Assembly (NCBI GenBank): GCA_030141605.1
Contig: JAQGDQ010000033.1
Location: forward strand, 609,093-673,092
Source of the DNA: Tubiluchus corallicola
Taxonomy: Eukaryota > Animalia > Priapulida
DNA: 64,000 nucleotides
Direction of reading: 5' to 3'
In this document: positions 1-52,450 of the stretch, piece by piece
Layout of the letters: the number at the start of each line of letters is the position of its first letter
Numbering within the stretch: the stretch's first letter is position 1
Position numbers and translations under genes: made by a program
The notes under the pieces: generated by a model
The model's database searches: none
The model's input: only the letters and a program-made list of their open reading frames with translations
What the model was told of the DNA's origin: nothing

Positions 1-23
1 GATAACAGGTGAATTTTTTTCAG

Positions 24-1064
24 AACTCAGCCACCACCTAATCTTCCCGATGGTATCACTCACAAGCTTGCTAGTAACTATTATTACACACGTGATGGAA
101 GACACTCTATAGGGCCTAATGTTGTTGTGTACAGTGAACAGAAGAAACTAATTTCATCGGGAGAAACACCGTACGTTAGTTATCAGTTCTATGGGCTATA
201 TGGCATGGTGATGTGTAGATTTTGTTTTCCCTGCTAGTAGCTTATTAATTAGGGTTTCTCTTTGCTGTGGATAAGTGGCTCTAACTGACTGTGCAAACTA
301 GTATGAGATTTCAGATCTGCTTTAGCCATGTGACTTGATATTTCACATGGATAGCGCATGTGGCCTGATGCTGCAAGGTTTGTTGGAATCCTGGTTGATT
401 CAATCCCGGGAGTCTTCAAAACTCTAAATTTAGCTATTGATTAAAATAAAGAGAACTTCCTTTTGGCAAAATAAAGCTGAGAAAGTTTATCGCCCTCATT
501 TCCTCCCAACAGGAAACAAATCTTTTCTTTTCTATTCAGTTTTTGCTTTCCAGATTAAACTTTAGCTGCAGCATCATAGCTCTGTATTCTCAGCTGAATG
601 TTGTTTACTAGAGTGAACTATCTAGAATTCTAGATGCACAAGACTTATGTCTAATCACGTATTTACTTCTTTAAGGCTTTAAGCATTGACATTAGCAAAA
701 TTTTACATTGCATGACTGAAAAAAATACTATATTTCCAGTAACACACCAGTAATGAACACTGCATTAATTTTAGATACTAGACTTACAGAATTGTGCTCT
801 GGCAACTTAACTAAGTGGGAGATCACTTTTCAGTTATTTTTAAAAGTAAATAATTGTGGTACTGATTCTTTACTATTACATCTATGTGGAAACATTTACA
901 GTTCAGTTTTAGAACACTTTTCACTTTTGATTATACTGATGTGATAACAATAATACAGGTGTTATCATCAGTACTATCTTGTTACAAATTACTTTTTAAT
1001 ATTTATATCTAGGGGAGATGTGAAGGCACTACCCACGCCGGGAGCTTTACACCACTGGGACTGA
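24..1064 (+). CDS. NDUFA7: NADH dehydrogenase (complex I) subunit NDUFA7/B14.5a, last two coding exons (24..170, 1013..1064); 5' part lies outside the window
   Basis: Exon after tttttcag (21-23) reads (R)TQPPPNLPDGITHKLASNYYYTRDGRHSIGPNVVVYSEQKKLISSGETP, matching the NDUFA7 signature RTQPPPxLPxGxxHKLxxNYYxTRDGR. Donor gtacgt at 171; acceptor tctag at 1012. The phase-matched last exon GDVKALPTPGALHHWD ends in TGA at 1062-1064. Confidence 0.93.
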
Positions 1065-3052
1065 CAGACTTTATAGTATATAGTAGTTTTCACAAAACTA
1101 ATGCATATTTAAAAGCAGGACAGCTGAAGAACAACATTGGCATTTCCTTAATACATTGTAAAGCCATACATTATAGAGGCAGTACAAAGAATAATTATCG
1201 TATAGTTTAGAGAGATTACTTTTTGTTTTTTCACCTGTAATTCATGATCATTGTTTATGTAGTTAATTTCAGCAAATATAAGTTATTTGAGTATTTACGT
1301 AGTTATTTGAGTTTATACATAATTAAAAGTTCCATTACATCGTTTGTGTTTTGATGCAGGCACAAAAACCTAACATAGGGAAGGAATTTTTTAATGAAGT
1401 CTAAAACTATGACACTATTTTCATGCACATTTATAGTCATTTAATTACACTGAGTAACCAATCACTCTCTGCTAATACTAATTCTGATTCATTAAAAAGA
1501 AAATTAAAACGATACAGCTTCTTATGTAAAAATATCATCTATTTTTTTTTACAAAATTTTAGCAATAGACAAAAAGTTTGCTTTATACAACAAGTCATTG
1601 GAATTTCACTATTACAGCACTAGTTTTGTATTAAAATAAGCACCAAGATCAAGTTTACATATGCATGAATGGTGGCTTCACACAATAACTAATTGCATCA
1701 TTAGTGCAACTGCAACTAAATACAGCTAAAAACACAAGCTGTCAATGTTTTAAAAATAAAAATAAAAATTGGAATAATTACAATTTTATGAAAGACTGCT
1801 AACTATTACAAAACGTAATAATCAAACATATTTCAGGAATTTTTGAAGATTTTGCGAGTTACATGTTCAGTGTAGCCAGCTTCTGGCAACACACCATTAG
1901 AAATGTTCAGTTAACTTCAGTATATCATGCATCCTGCTTCAATTGGCAATAAAAAAACTGCTGTGACAATGTATTAAACAAAAGCCAATAGTGTAAAATC
2001 AGACAGTTAACTTAATTACATAATCACCTGACATGATTCAAGTCTTTGGTAGTCTCGTTAATTCATTCAAATTTATACAATTACAAAATAAATTATCAAT
2101 CTACATGCTAATTCTGTTGATTAGATTAAAACTAATCTACTTCAATGACTTATATGCAGGCTAAACTATAAAAAAATCTGACTACATAATAAAAAGCAAA
2201 AAACCTGTAAACCTGCAGCAAAATATTTTAGACCTGTTTGAAGAATATGACTTCAAATCAAGTGAAATTTGCAAGACAGAAAAGAATATTGATGAAAATC
2301 TACAATAATTGACCCCTGTTTTTCTGTTCCCAGTAATTAGAGACACATTAGCTTGCAATTATGAAAAGCCAAGTTGCATATATATATATATATATTATAT
2401 TAGACTCGAACTAGAAAGCAGTGACTGCCTTACGTGATTTTGATTGCTATGTGAAATTTTTGTTTCCAACATGTAGTACATGCAATTACAAAAACCAATA
2501 CAAATGATCTAATATACAGTAAAATAAATGTTGCATCGATGGTACTGCGATGTCGTCAACTTTGCCTGATTTTTTTATAATTGCCTGTCTGATCAACTTA
2601 ACTTAAAAACCTTACATAAATTATTGACTTTAGAGAAACGTTTTTCATCACCAGACTTTAGTTTTAACATGCAGCAGGGAGTATCCGAGATGAGCAACCG
2701 AGCTTTGCGTAACTCATTTGCAGCAGTAATACATTTCACAATGAGTATTGCAACACAACTATACTTCCTAATTCTCAACTCAGTTTTACAACAGGCTGAA
2801 TGAGCAAACACATCTGCTATAGACATCTTTTACTATCTACAACATTTATAGTTAAGTAAACCATTTAGTATTTTTAAGTACGTGTTGGAACTCGTACTTC
2901 AACATGTTGGAACACTTTTATCAGTGGAATACTAATTATAGCACTACGTTCTCGCATTGAAATGTAACAGAACAAGAAACAAAACTATGTACATAAATGA
3001 TTGTCTTCAACAACTATTATGCAAATTAACATCCAAAAATGGTAAGCCATTT

Positions 3053-42905
<39,853 letters not shown>

Positions 42906-45900
42906 AATGGTGCTTGGGTTTTACATGGTCAAAAGTAACATGTCTCCATGATAACATCACCTACAATAAAGCTATGTTGATTAACCATCATGAAAATACA
43001 CAAGTAGCCAATAAATTACAATATGCACTTCTACAATGAAGTTACATTGACATGAAAATACACAACTTGCGGCACTTTCCTTTACAAGCCACTGTTCGAT
43101 CATTGCTACTTCCACATAATGTCAAGGGCAGGTAAGTTCATACTTAATTTTTATCAGATGCTAATGTTGATCTACATTGTATTTGCTGCTTAACTACAAA
43201 ACCTTTCAAACTTCTTCCATGACGTAAATTAACCCTTACCCAATAAATAAACAAAAACAGGACACTAGATGTAGTGATGTCTTGTTGTTTCAGCAGTTTC
43301 TACTTGCAGGTTTATTTTATTATAATTTATCAACTAATATAATATGGATTTTTCGCCACAAAAATGTTTGAAAAACTGACACTTGTTAGGCCATACTTCA
43401 TATTATTATCTCTTTCAGCTATCTTGTTACTACAGACACAACATACAATCTCTATCTGAAACAAAATAAAGTGAATTGACTATGAAAATTGACTCACATT
43501 TTCAAACCTATGCATATAAACTTTATTTTTACCAAAAAAATCAGTTTTCACAATCAATTAATCATCACAATCCAACACGTTGAGTTGTTAGCGATTAAAA
43601 TTGAAAGTACAAGTAGACAAGTTTCAACACTGAAATTGAAGAAGTATTTAACTTGAGCCTATTATTATGGAAGGATATAAAAGCACTGAAACTATGTAAT
43701 CAGGTCAAGTATTGTCAAAACACCAAAAAAATATTTTTGTTTGTTTAAATGTGCACTAAATCACAAATTTACAAAACAGTAATAAACTCAATGCCATTAA
43801 AAGAATGCAAGTGCAGCTTTAATCAAGTAATTCCTCCAGAAACAGCAAAGCTTTACATTATGCAGCTATTAAGAATAAAACATTCTGAAGCATTCACTCT
43901 CTAGGGATTAACTAGTTTATAACAGGATATTACATCAAGCACTTTTTCCTGCCTAAGGATAACTAGCTAAGACCAGCACTATACTAATATTTATGTGGGA
44001 CATCCATTACTAGCAGGATGTGCAGTTTTGAACACATAACACTGTAACTTTAGTAATCCAGTAACATTCAATCATTAACCTGACCACAAAGATTTAGAAA
44101 AATAGTACAAAATGCAGCAAGAAATATACAATTAATAATTTAATTAATGGTGCCATAACTAATGAGAGTACATATAGATACATGTGCAAGTAGGACTTGC
44201 AGCATTGAAATAAGGGAATAAAATTTGGACAATAAGATAGGGGTGGGTCATTCGGCAGAGGAATTACAGAATATGCATGCATTTCATGCACACTGTTGGA
44301 ATGTGCAAATACAAGATATCAATATCATGCAGTTATGCTCTACATAACTAACACGTGGTAAAACTTCTCACACTTGAGAAAAGTCATTTACAAAAGGGAA
44401 TTTAATAACAACTCCATGGTTATTTAATTTCACATCTCAAATTCATGATCCCCTTTGCGAAGGGTGTAGTGGCGGTAAAGACAAATATATGGAGTATGCT
44501 CACCTCTTTCTCTTCGTAATTTCGGTATACTTGCTTAAAACAAAGTAATAGCACTTCCATAAAGAGTATACCTATATACCCAAGACATTGTTCAAGACCT
44601 TGGTAATTGCATCTTGAGGCCAACGAACACCTGCTCAGGGGTCTGCTTTAGCGACTGAATGATGACGTTCAGAATGCATTTTTCTTCGTTTTTAAATATT
44701 TTATGATTTCGTAAATTGCGATGTATTAGTAATGGCAGTTGGCAACATATATCCTAATGATGGGCGACTAATAGATTAATCGAGATTACTCGGTTAAACT
44801 GGGTTGCTGGGAACAGAACATAGAGAAACGGGTGGGAAGTTGATGGTTCTGTCATTTTATTTTAAATATACATTTTAAATAACTGGAAGAGATATGATAA
44901 AACACAACAAGAACCACAAACGATTTATGTATTGCATAAGGGAGCAAAAAAATGTTATTTTAATTCAACTTTCAGTCCATTTTACAAGATGATTGCACTC
45001 TTAACTCATAAGTATTTATAGTAAACACCCGAACAAAACGTTGCATACCGTAGCATTACGAATGCTTGATTTACTGAAAAGTTTGTATTTCTTTTTCAGA
45101 TTTATCGAAACATGTCACGAAACAAAAAATAGAAAATGCTTTTTCAATTGATATCAAATTTGAGAACAATGTTAGTTCTTACTGCTTTATAATCAAAGAA
45201 TACTGAGGCATATTTTTTACAAAGTTTCCTGAAATTTAGCTGCCACTAGATAGTGAATTTTTTGCTATCGTACTTGCTTAAAACTTATTTTCTGTGACGG
45301 TGAAACACCCTGAGCCAGCAGTATCATTTTATTTTGCAACATACTTGTTTGTTTATCAGACGTCAGGCCACCAACAGACAGTAACACTAGCAGCACAGTC
45401 AGGCTTGGTTTTTTTTCTGCAAGCAGCGAATCGGCATTACTAGGTCGCCTCTGAAACCACTGAAAGTGGAGCCAAGCAAACTTTGCATTTGAGAATGTTT
45501 ATGACAGCAATTTTTCTGTATTTCAAAATATTTCATTTTTCATTTTTTGTATTTCAAGTTATTAGCAGAGGATCCGCAAATATTAAGGAAATTTTTGCGA
45601 ATGCGATACTCGACTCTCTCCACCTGTCAGAGGCAGGCACCTTTATAGGGTGCAGAGTCTATTTTTCAGTAATGCTAATCTTTTGGTTGTCTTTTCCCAC
45701 TTTAATGTCTTTATTTGTCTTTATCCTGTATTCAATGCATTCGTTCACTAGATTTCTGACTTCTAGCAATCCATCTTTTTCACTGCTCATTAATATATCT
45801 GAATTCATCATTTTTTTTCCATTTGCCATATCTGCCGCATTTAAGCATATGTTCCCCATACTCATAATCATATCATAATCTTCCCCACACACTGGGCATA

Positions 45901-46232
45901 ATACCTGATCCTTAAACTCATTCTTGTAGTTTCCTTTAATCATATTCAGTCTTATTTTCAATATATCTTTAACCTCTTCTGGCTTACATGTGTTTATGTA
46001 ATTTTGTCATTTCCACTCAGTATGTTTTAAAAATCTTAATTTAGAGCTGCTCCTGCATTTTCCTGCACATTCATTCTTTTTAAAACATTCACTTTCGATT
46101 CAGACTTTTTCATGACCTTTACCCTTTCTGCAGCCTCAACTACTTCATTATACCATGACCTTTCATGTGCACTGTTTATTTGCATTTCAAGCACCTCTAA
46201 TGCTAATCTCTTTGGTTTACTAATCAGTAAAT

Positions 46233-46352
46233 GTCTACGGCCATATCACGTTGAAAACACCGGTTCTCGTCTGATCACCGAAGTTAAGCAACGCAGAGCC
46301 TGGTTAGTACTTAGATGGGTCACTGCCTAGGAATACCAGGTGCTGTAGGCTT
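46233..46352 (+). rRNA. 5S rRNA-like sequence (120 nt), head of the SINE rather than a functional 5S gene
   Basis: GTCTACGGCCATATCACGTTGAAAACACCGGTTCTCGTCTGATCACCGAAGTTAAGCAACG...TTAGTACTTAGATGGG...GAATACCAGGTGCTGTAGGCTT is a metazoan 5S sequence with pairing termini. Box C carries substitutions and no oligo-T terminator follows. Confidence 0.85.
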
Positions 46353-46717
46353 GCGGGATGCCCAAACTGTATCTCAACACTAGGCGGAGTAGCTGCACAA
46401 GCAGCCAACGGCTAGAGGGCGGAGGAGTAAACCTTCCAAATCAGGAGTGGAGCCCCGAAGGCAAACCAGTGCAGCATGCTCACTGACTCTGGCAGCTCCT
46501 ACCGCCAACCTGGTGCCAAAGGTATTGCTCTTGTCTGGGCAATTCAGGATCTCCATACACCTTGCCCTGGCGTGTGCCCTGGAGAGGTCACTCCAGTGGT
46601 TCAAGGATCGGACTGCTCAGCCACAGTCGACGCTGCAGCTCCATCAATGTGATCAATAACCGACTCTCTTGGAACACACTCCATTGTCTTCCGAGACAGA
46701 AGGATGCCAACATCAAC
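46233..46717 (+). mobile_element. 5S rRNA-derived SINE (SINE3 type), ~480 bp, inserted into the LINE in opposite orientation
   Basis: Full 5S head followed by ~365 bp of unrelated GC-rich body ending in a short aacatcaac tail. The host ORF2 rejoins as ..MIYRN|LLISKPKRLA when the insert is removed. Flanks atcagtaaat / atcaacaaat. Confidence 0.8.
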
Positions 46718-47111
46718 AAATTCCGATAGATCATCAGTCTCCTATAATTCACTTTATGTTTTAGTGGCCATATGCCAATTCCAGTTACTAATCCCAGGTA
46801 TGGTGTTGATTTGCTAAGATTAAATAAGGTTTTTAAAGTGCTTGCTTGAATCATTTCTAATTTCTCCTAATCGACTGTTGTCAAATTTGACCATGTTTCA
46901 GAACTATTTAGCACTGCACTCACTGAAAGAACCTCGTATAGCATTAGTTCAACCCCTATTGAGCAATCTCCCACTTTCAGCTCACTTCCTATAGTATTGA
47001 TGTAACTAATTATCATCTTATGTTTCCCGGTTCGTTTTCCCAACATTGTTTCATAACTACATTTTGTGTTAATCCAATCTCCCAAATATTGGTATTCCTC
47101 TGCTTCCTTAA

Positions 47112-47629
47112 AGGACAACCGGATGACTGTGTAAACACGAGTTCAGAATAAAGAATGCTCTAAAATATTGAAAACTACAATAGCTCATTTTAAATCAAAG
47201 CTTAGATTAAATAATAATTACCTCGGATGCTCAAATTACCATAAACTTTCAAAGCTAAATGCGGCTCAGCGAATCTACTGAGATTGGCAGCAGCGCCTTT
47301 TTGTCACATTCGTGTGGCCGACAAATAGAAGGTGATACCATAATAAGCATGATCATGAACTGCAGTGTTAGTTTCTGACGTCGTATGATGTAAAGCCCAT
47401 TTTTCGTGACAAATGTGCTTGACGCGCAAGGGAAGATATGCCTGCCATTGCACAAACTATAGTTAGTTTCTAATGTAAGCAAACAGCTGTGTTCAGTTGC
47501 CGTTAATTAACTTTCTAAGCTAATTATTCAAATATAAGGAACAATTATTAACTCTTGTACGCAAGAAAATGTATATTTTGGACAGTAAATTAAAATGAGA
47601 TTGAGTCTAAACAATCGTCCGGTGTTCCT
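47112..47629. mobile_element. Kolobok-type MITE family A, copy 3, nested in the LINE ORF2
   Basis: TTAA|AGGACAACCGGATGACTGT ... ACAATCGTCCGGTGTTCCT|TTAA. Removing the element plus one TTAA restores the LINE frame RNGEIKEAEEYQYLG. Confidence 0.88.
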
Positions 47630-50557
47630 TTAATCTCTCCATTCCTTATCCTTAATGACTCACATAATACTGGAATCCTTTTTTTTGCTTCATGTTTGTT
47701 CTCATTCTCATATATTGTGTTTTCTGTATATTAAATGTTAATCTTTTACTTCTTTCCTTGACAGTATTTAATCACCTGTTCAATTTTGGTTTCTTGTCCT
47801 ATTTCCACAATATCATCATTCACTTCACTGTTAGTAATTTCTTTTATTTCCTCCTCACCTGCCATTTGTTCAACATGATTGAAAATTTGTTCAACCCTTG
47901 ATACTACCATTTGTTCGTATTCATCCTCTGTCAGAGTTGGAGTTAGCAATTCTTCATAACATTTTTTTTAATAATCATCTTAATTTTTTCCAAATCCTCT
48001 TGAATTTCACCCTGTCTCTCACTGCTATTGCTTCTTCTATTTTAGGCTTATCGATGCACTTATTAAATTCCCAAAACATCTGTTGGTTAATTTTTCCATT
48101 TACTGTAATTGTTTTAGCAGTTTTATTTATTCTATTTATTTGCTCTTTCTTTTGCATATTCCTCGTCATATTTTCTATTAGTTCAATTTTTATTTTAACT
48201 ATTCTTTTTCAAAGTCTTCTTTGTCAGTCATTTCATATTTTAACTTACGTCTTTCTTTATTTAACTTTCTTGACAGTTTACTTTCATATTTTTGTTTCTT
48301 TTTTGTCTCTTACCGCCGAAGCTTGATTAATCCACACATCGTATTTGCTCTGAAATGAAATGTTACTGCTCTAAACTTTGCTAAATCTTTGATCATCAGT
48401 TTCATTTTTGTATCTGTTCATTTTATTTTTATTAGACACTACTAATTTTTTTGTCTCAGCACTTTTATCTCTTTCATTTTGCTAATCTCAACCCAATCAA
48501 ATTCACTATATAATGTATTGTGGTCTGTGTATATAATTTTTTTCTCACCACTACCAGTCAGTCTGTACATTCCATACAGTTTTTGTCCGTCAACAAGTGT
48601 AAATTTATGTGCTTTTTCATCATTTGCACTTATTATAATATAATCAATAACAGATCTTTTCCCTGCTTCTTCTCTTGTCCAAATTCCTGAGCATTCTTGA
48701 GTTGCATTTAGTATTACTAGATTGTCTTTTTTAACTAAATTTAGTAACATTTTTCCCGCCCAAGTTATTTCATCATTATTATATTTAACAATATTTCCTT
48801 TGCATTAAAATCACCTATCAGCAAGCACTTCTGGTTTTTATTTTTTGCACTTGCTTTGGTATTTGTTTATACATTTTCTTCATTTCTTCTTTATCTGTCC
48901 TAATTTCCTGGGGTGCATACAATAATCCTACTCTTAATTTTACTTTTGAATTATCCATTACAATCCAAAATTGTCCTCCTAATTCATTATACTGGTCAGC
49001 CTTTATTGATACATTATTTAAGTTATTAATTGCTAATAATACCCCCTCAATATTTATTTCTATTCAGTTGGAACACTTTATAACCCTCAATTTTCACTAA
49101 TTCTTCTTCCCAAAATTAGTTCTCAACAATTCCTATAACACTAGGCTTTTTTCCCTTATCACTCCATGAAATTATTCTAACCTTGTTATTAAGTACTCAG
49201 CAATTTGAATATGCTACATTATAATTTTTAAACTTTTCTCTTTTTCTGAGATCTTTTCACTTTTATTTTTTTCTTAATTCCACATTTTTTCTTTTATTGC
49301 ACTGATTTCCCTCATTAAAAAATTAATCTGCTCAACAAGACTTTCATTTTGTGTCTTTTGTTCACTTTTATTTGCTTCTAGGGTTGTCTGCTGTCCTTCT
49401 CGTTCTTGTGCTCTTAGGTACCTCTTTTCATTGTCATTAAAAAATGTCTGTATCTGCACTTTCTATCATATTTGCATTCACAGTCATACTTATAATTCCA
49501 ACACAGGTTTGTCTTTTCCTTATTTTCCCCAGGTTTCAAGTAATGTCTAAATCTACTTTTCTTCCTCCTTACCAGATTCACTATGTTCTCTTGCCTCTTC
49601 ATTTGTTCTACCCCTACCCATTTTACCCAACAACAATTCTTCATTCATCTTTTGTAGGTCACTTGTGTGCCTGTTTAGGCAATTTATTCTATTTTCCGCT
49701 TATCAATTTCACTTATCAATTTTTCTAGTTGTTGTCTGAGCTGCACTGCTTCTTCTTTCAACTTTTTTATTTCGCTTTCACATTTCTTCATCTTCAAGGC
49801 AAACTCAGCCAATTGATCCATTTTTTTATTCACTTCTTGCTTCATTTTCTCTAAGTCATCTTTCAAATTTTCTACTTCCTTTCTTTGCATTATATTTCTT
49901 CTTTCAGGTTTTCTAATTGTGCTTCATTCAACAGCTGTGTATTTTTTTGCATTCCTATGCCTTTCTTTAACTTTTCCACTTCTTTTTCGCATTTACCGCA
50001 AAACCAGTGCAAAGTATCATTTATAACTAATGCACTTGCTCTGCCTACCACTTTATATGCTTTCTTTGACATGCCACTTTCTCTTTCACCAGACCTATTA
50101 GCAGGCACAATGTTTACTTTTCAAAACAGTACGAAAAACAACTACTAACAAAATATGATTAAAATTGTAAATTATATTTGTCTCCGTGTGTCGGTTTATA
50201 ACTTCAATAGAAAACCCCCTTTCACATAATAAAATGTCTATTGTTTTGACTATTTTTTAATGCAACTGTTTCTTTCCAGTATATTCTGCATGATGTTTAT
50301 GAAATGTTATTAAAGATGCCATAAAATAAAAAAAATTTCTGACTTGATGCTAGACACAGTACAGGTAAATTTATACAATACATATATATATATATATATA
50401 TATATTGCATGATATATACTGCATACAAAGGCTAAAATTGGTTTAAAGTATTTTGAAAGTAATACAATTTAGATGATTAATGTAATTACAATTTTTTTAT
50501 TAGGATTGTGCACATGGTTTGATTTTTTTACATAATTATTGATAACTGATAATTATG

Positions 50558-51304
50558 CAGTAGCAGCCGCTTAATAGACTCACTTTGGGACCAACGTGTT
50601 TTGGCCCAATCCACCGACTGAACCTATTAACCGATGGGTGTAATATTAGTGCTATAGAAGTATGAGTCATCAGCTTATTATGCACAGCAAGGCTTTTAAT
50701 CAATTTTAGAAAAGAATTATGCCTAAATTCCTTTGTGCAGTTAAAAATTAGAAAAAAAGATTTTAAAATATTAATTTATATAAGTGAATTAACAATAAAT
50801 TAAAAAGTATACTTTTCTAAATCACACAAGTCTGAATTGGGCATGACTAAAACAGTTCTAAATCGTCTGCTCACTTACATTACTCCATGACATAGCCAGT
50901 AAATGTACTGTACCTGCATCTTTGACTATTAACTCATTAAGCCTGGAAATTCTTTGGAATTGCAGTGGATGAGCAGGTAACAGATTCAAAGCAAAACTGC
51001 TATGCTAGCGGATTAACGCATAATAAACACACCTGTTTACAAACAAAATGGTACTTAACATGATTGTTTCCACATATATAATGCAGGAGTAAAGATGACA
51101 TTAAAGTATGAAAGGCCGTTTGGGCACATACAATTGTCTTATTTTAACTACACGAAGGAAAAATATTGAGTCAATTAAGCGAAGTTATTTGAGTCAATTA
51201 CCGATAGTTTTTATGTACATTTGAATAGAAGCGGGTTCCAGGCATTTTGAGCCAATTAAGCAATTGAGTCTATTAACTGGGAGTCTATGAAGCGGCGACT
51301 ACTG
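50558..51304. mobile_element. pogo/Tigger-like MITE family B, copy 2 (inverted relative to copy 1)
   Basis: TG|CAGTAGCAGCCGCTTAATAGACTC ... GAGTCTATGAAGCGGCGACTACTG|TA; internal tttatgtacatttgaatagaagcgg is the reverse complement of copy 1. Confidence 0.8.
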
Positions 51305-52221
51305 TAACTGCACAATGGAATGTTTTCTACATTTTTGTTTTACATAGAAATCTATATCTGATGATATAATGATATAAATTAAAAATATATATATATATAT
51401 ATATATTTGATACTGATTATGCATGACTTTTTTCTTTTACGATCATTTGAGCATGAAATTAAATTGCATGTTATGTTATTGTCCCCAAGTTCATTGAGTC
51501 ATTAATTAACATTGATCTGTACGATTTGTACGATATCATAGAGAGTTATATTTTCTTATTTTTATTTCAACTTGAAATAAATTATTAATATTTAAGTCAA
51601 AATTATAGTAACAATTTTGTTAGTTTCTGGTAATTTTATTTTCGTTTTCTAGTTAAAAATTAGAAATTTTATGTATAGAAAAACACAGGCAAATGAAATA
51701 CATGATTTAATGAAATAATTTTTTTTCTTTTTTAATATTACTATAGTACATATATTTACGGTTTATATATATGTGTGTGCGTGTGTGTGTGGGGGTATAT
51801 ACTCCAGTGTATATACAATTAATATGTATTTACAGCACTGCATAATACTAATTTAATACTCAGCTTGGGGTGGCTGATTCGATATTAATATTTTTCGCCA
51901 CCCTTTCCCATTTGTTTGGCTTTTTTTAATTTATACCTATTTTTCTTTGTATTCCTATTGGGATGAAAAATAAATGATTTGATTTGCCAATACTAGAAAT
52001 TGCTGGAAAGGGTGCAAATGGCGGTGGACGTGATAAAAAGAAGAGGTTTGGAGATAATATTACGAAAAGAAGACTAAAGGAAAAAGGAGGATAGTGCTGG
52101 TGAAAAAGTTACTTGTGTCTCACACATGGACAGTCTGAATCAGATAGCGTGGACACCGTGGAAACAGCGCAGACCAGAAAGCAACCAAGTTTAAGACAAG
52201 ATATACAATAAAAAAACTTAC

Positions 52222-52450
52222 GTACCATTTTAAAGCAGTTTTAACTATAACAGCAAGTAGCAAATAACAAAAACATAAAACATTATTATTGCAGGTTGTT
52301 CAGAAAACTTTTGCCCGTGTCAGCAAACTTTCAGTTTATCTGTCCTTTTCGCGTGGCGACACCTATCGACGCAAGAGCAAGTTAATAAACCAAGTTGCCC
52401 GAACCACAGATACGTGTGTGAACTCTTGTACTGTAAAATTACACGGCAGT
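52222..52450 (-). promoter_or_regulatory. Probable LYST 5' non-coding exon / promoter region
   Basis: Strong minus-strand donor (gtacgtaagt) at ~52216-52225 next to a locally CpG-enriched stretch. The ATG exon starts with an acceptor, so an upstream exon is required. Position is inferred. Confidence 0.4.

Larger units (their letters stand above)
45659..50190 (-). mobile_element. Degenerate APE-type non-LTR retrotransposon (RTE group, RTEX-like), ORF1 ~50108..49270 and ORF2 ~49230..45659, interrupted by two insertions
   Basis: Endonuclease motifs NVAYSN, VIGIVE, LRVGLLYAPQE, LLIGDFNAK, WTR..SVIDYII and TDHN. RT/thumb C-terminal motifs KRLTFNIQKT, EEYQYLGDWI, SSETWSNLT and LSKSTPYLGL; C-terminal CPVC. 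ORF1 has WFCGKC, a coiled coil and a CCCH finger. Many stops and frameshifts. The clade call is tentative. Confidence 0.9.

Noticed and set aside
44410-45640. Patchwork of probable DNA transposon fragments, including a hAT-like start tgatgggcgactaatagattaatcg at ~44758
   Set aside because: Boundaries and TSDs could not be defined by eye.
46233-46352. Functional 5S rRNA gene
   Set aside because: No oligo-T terminator, box C substitutions, single copy embedded in a LINE with target-like flanks; better explained as a SINE head.
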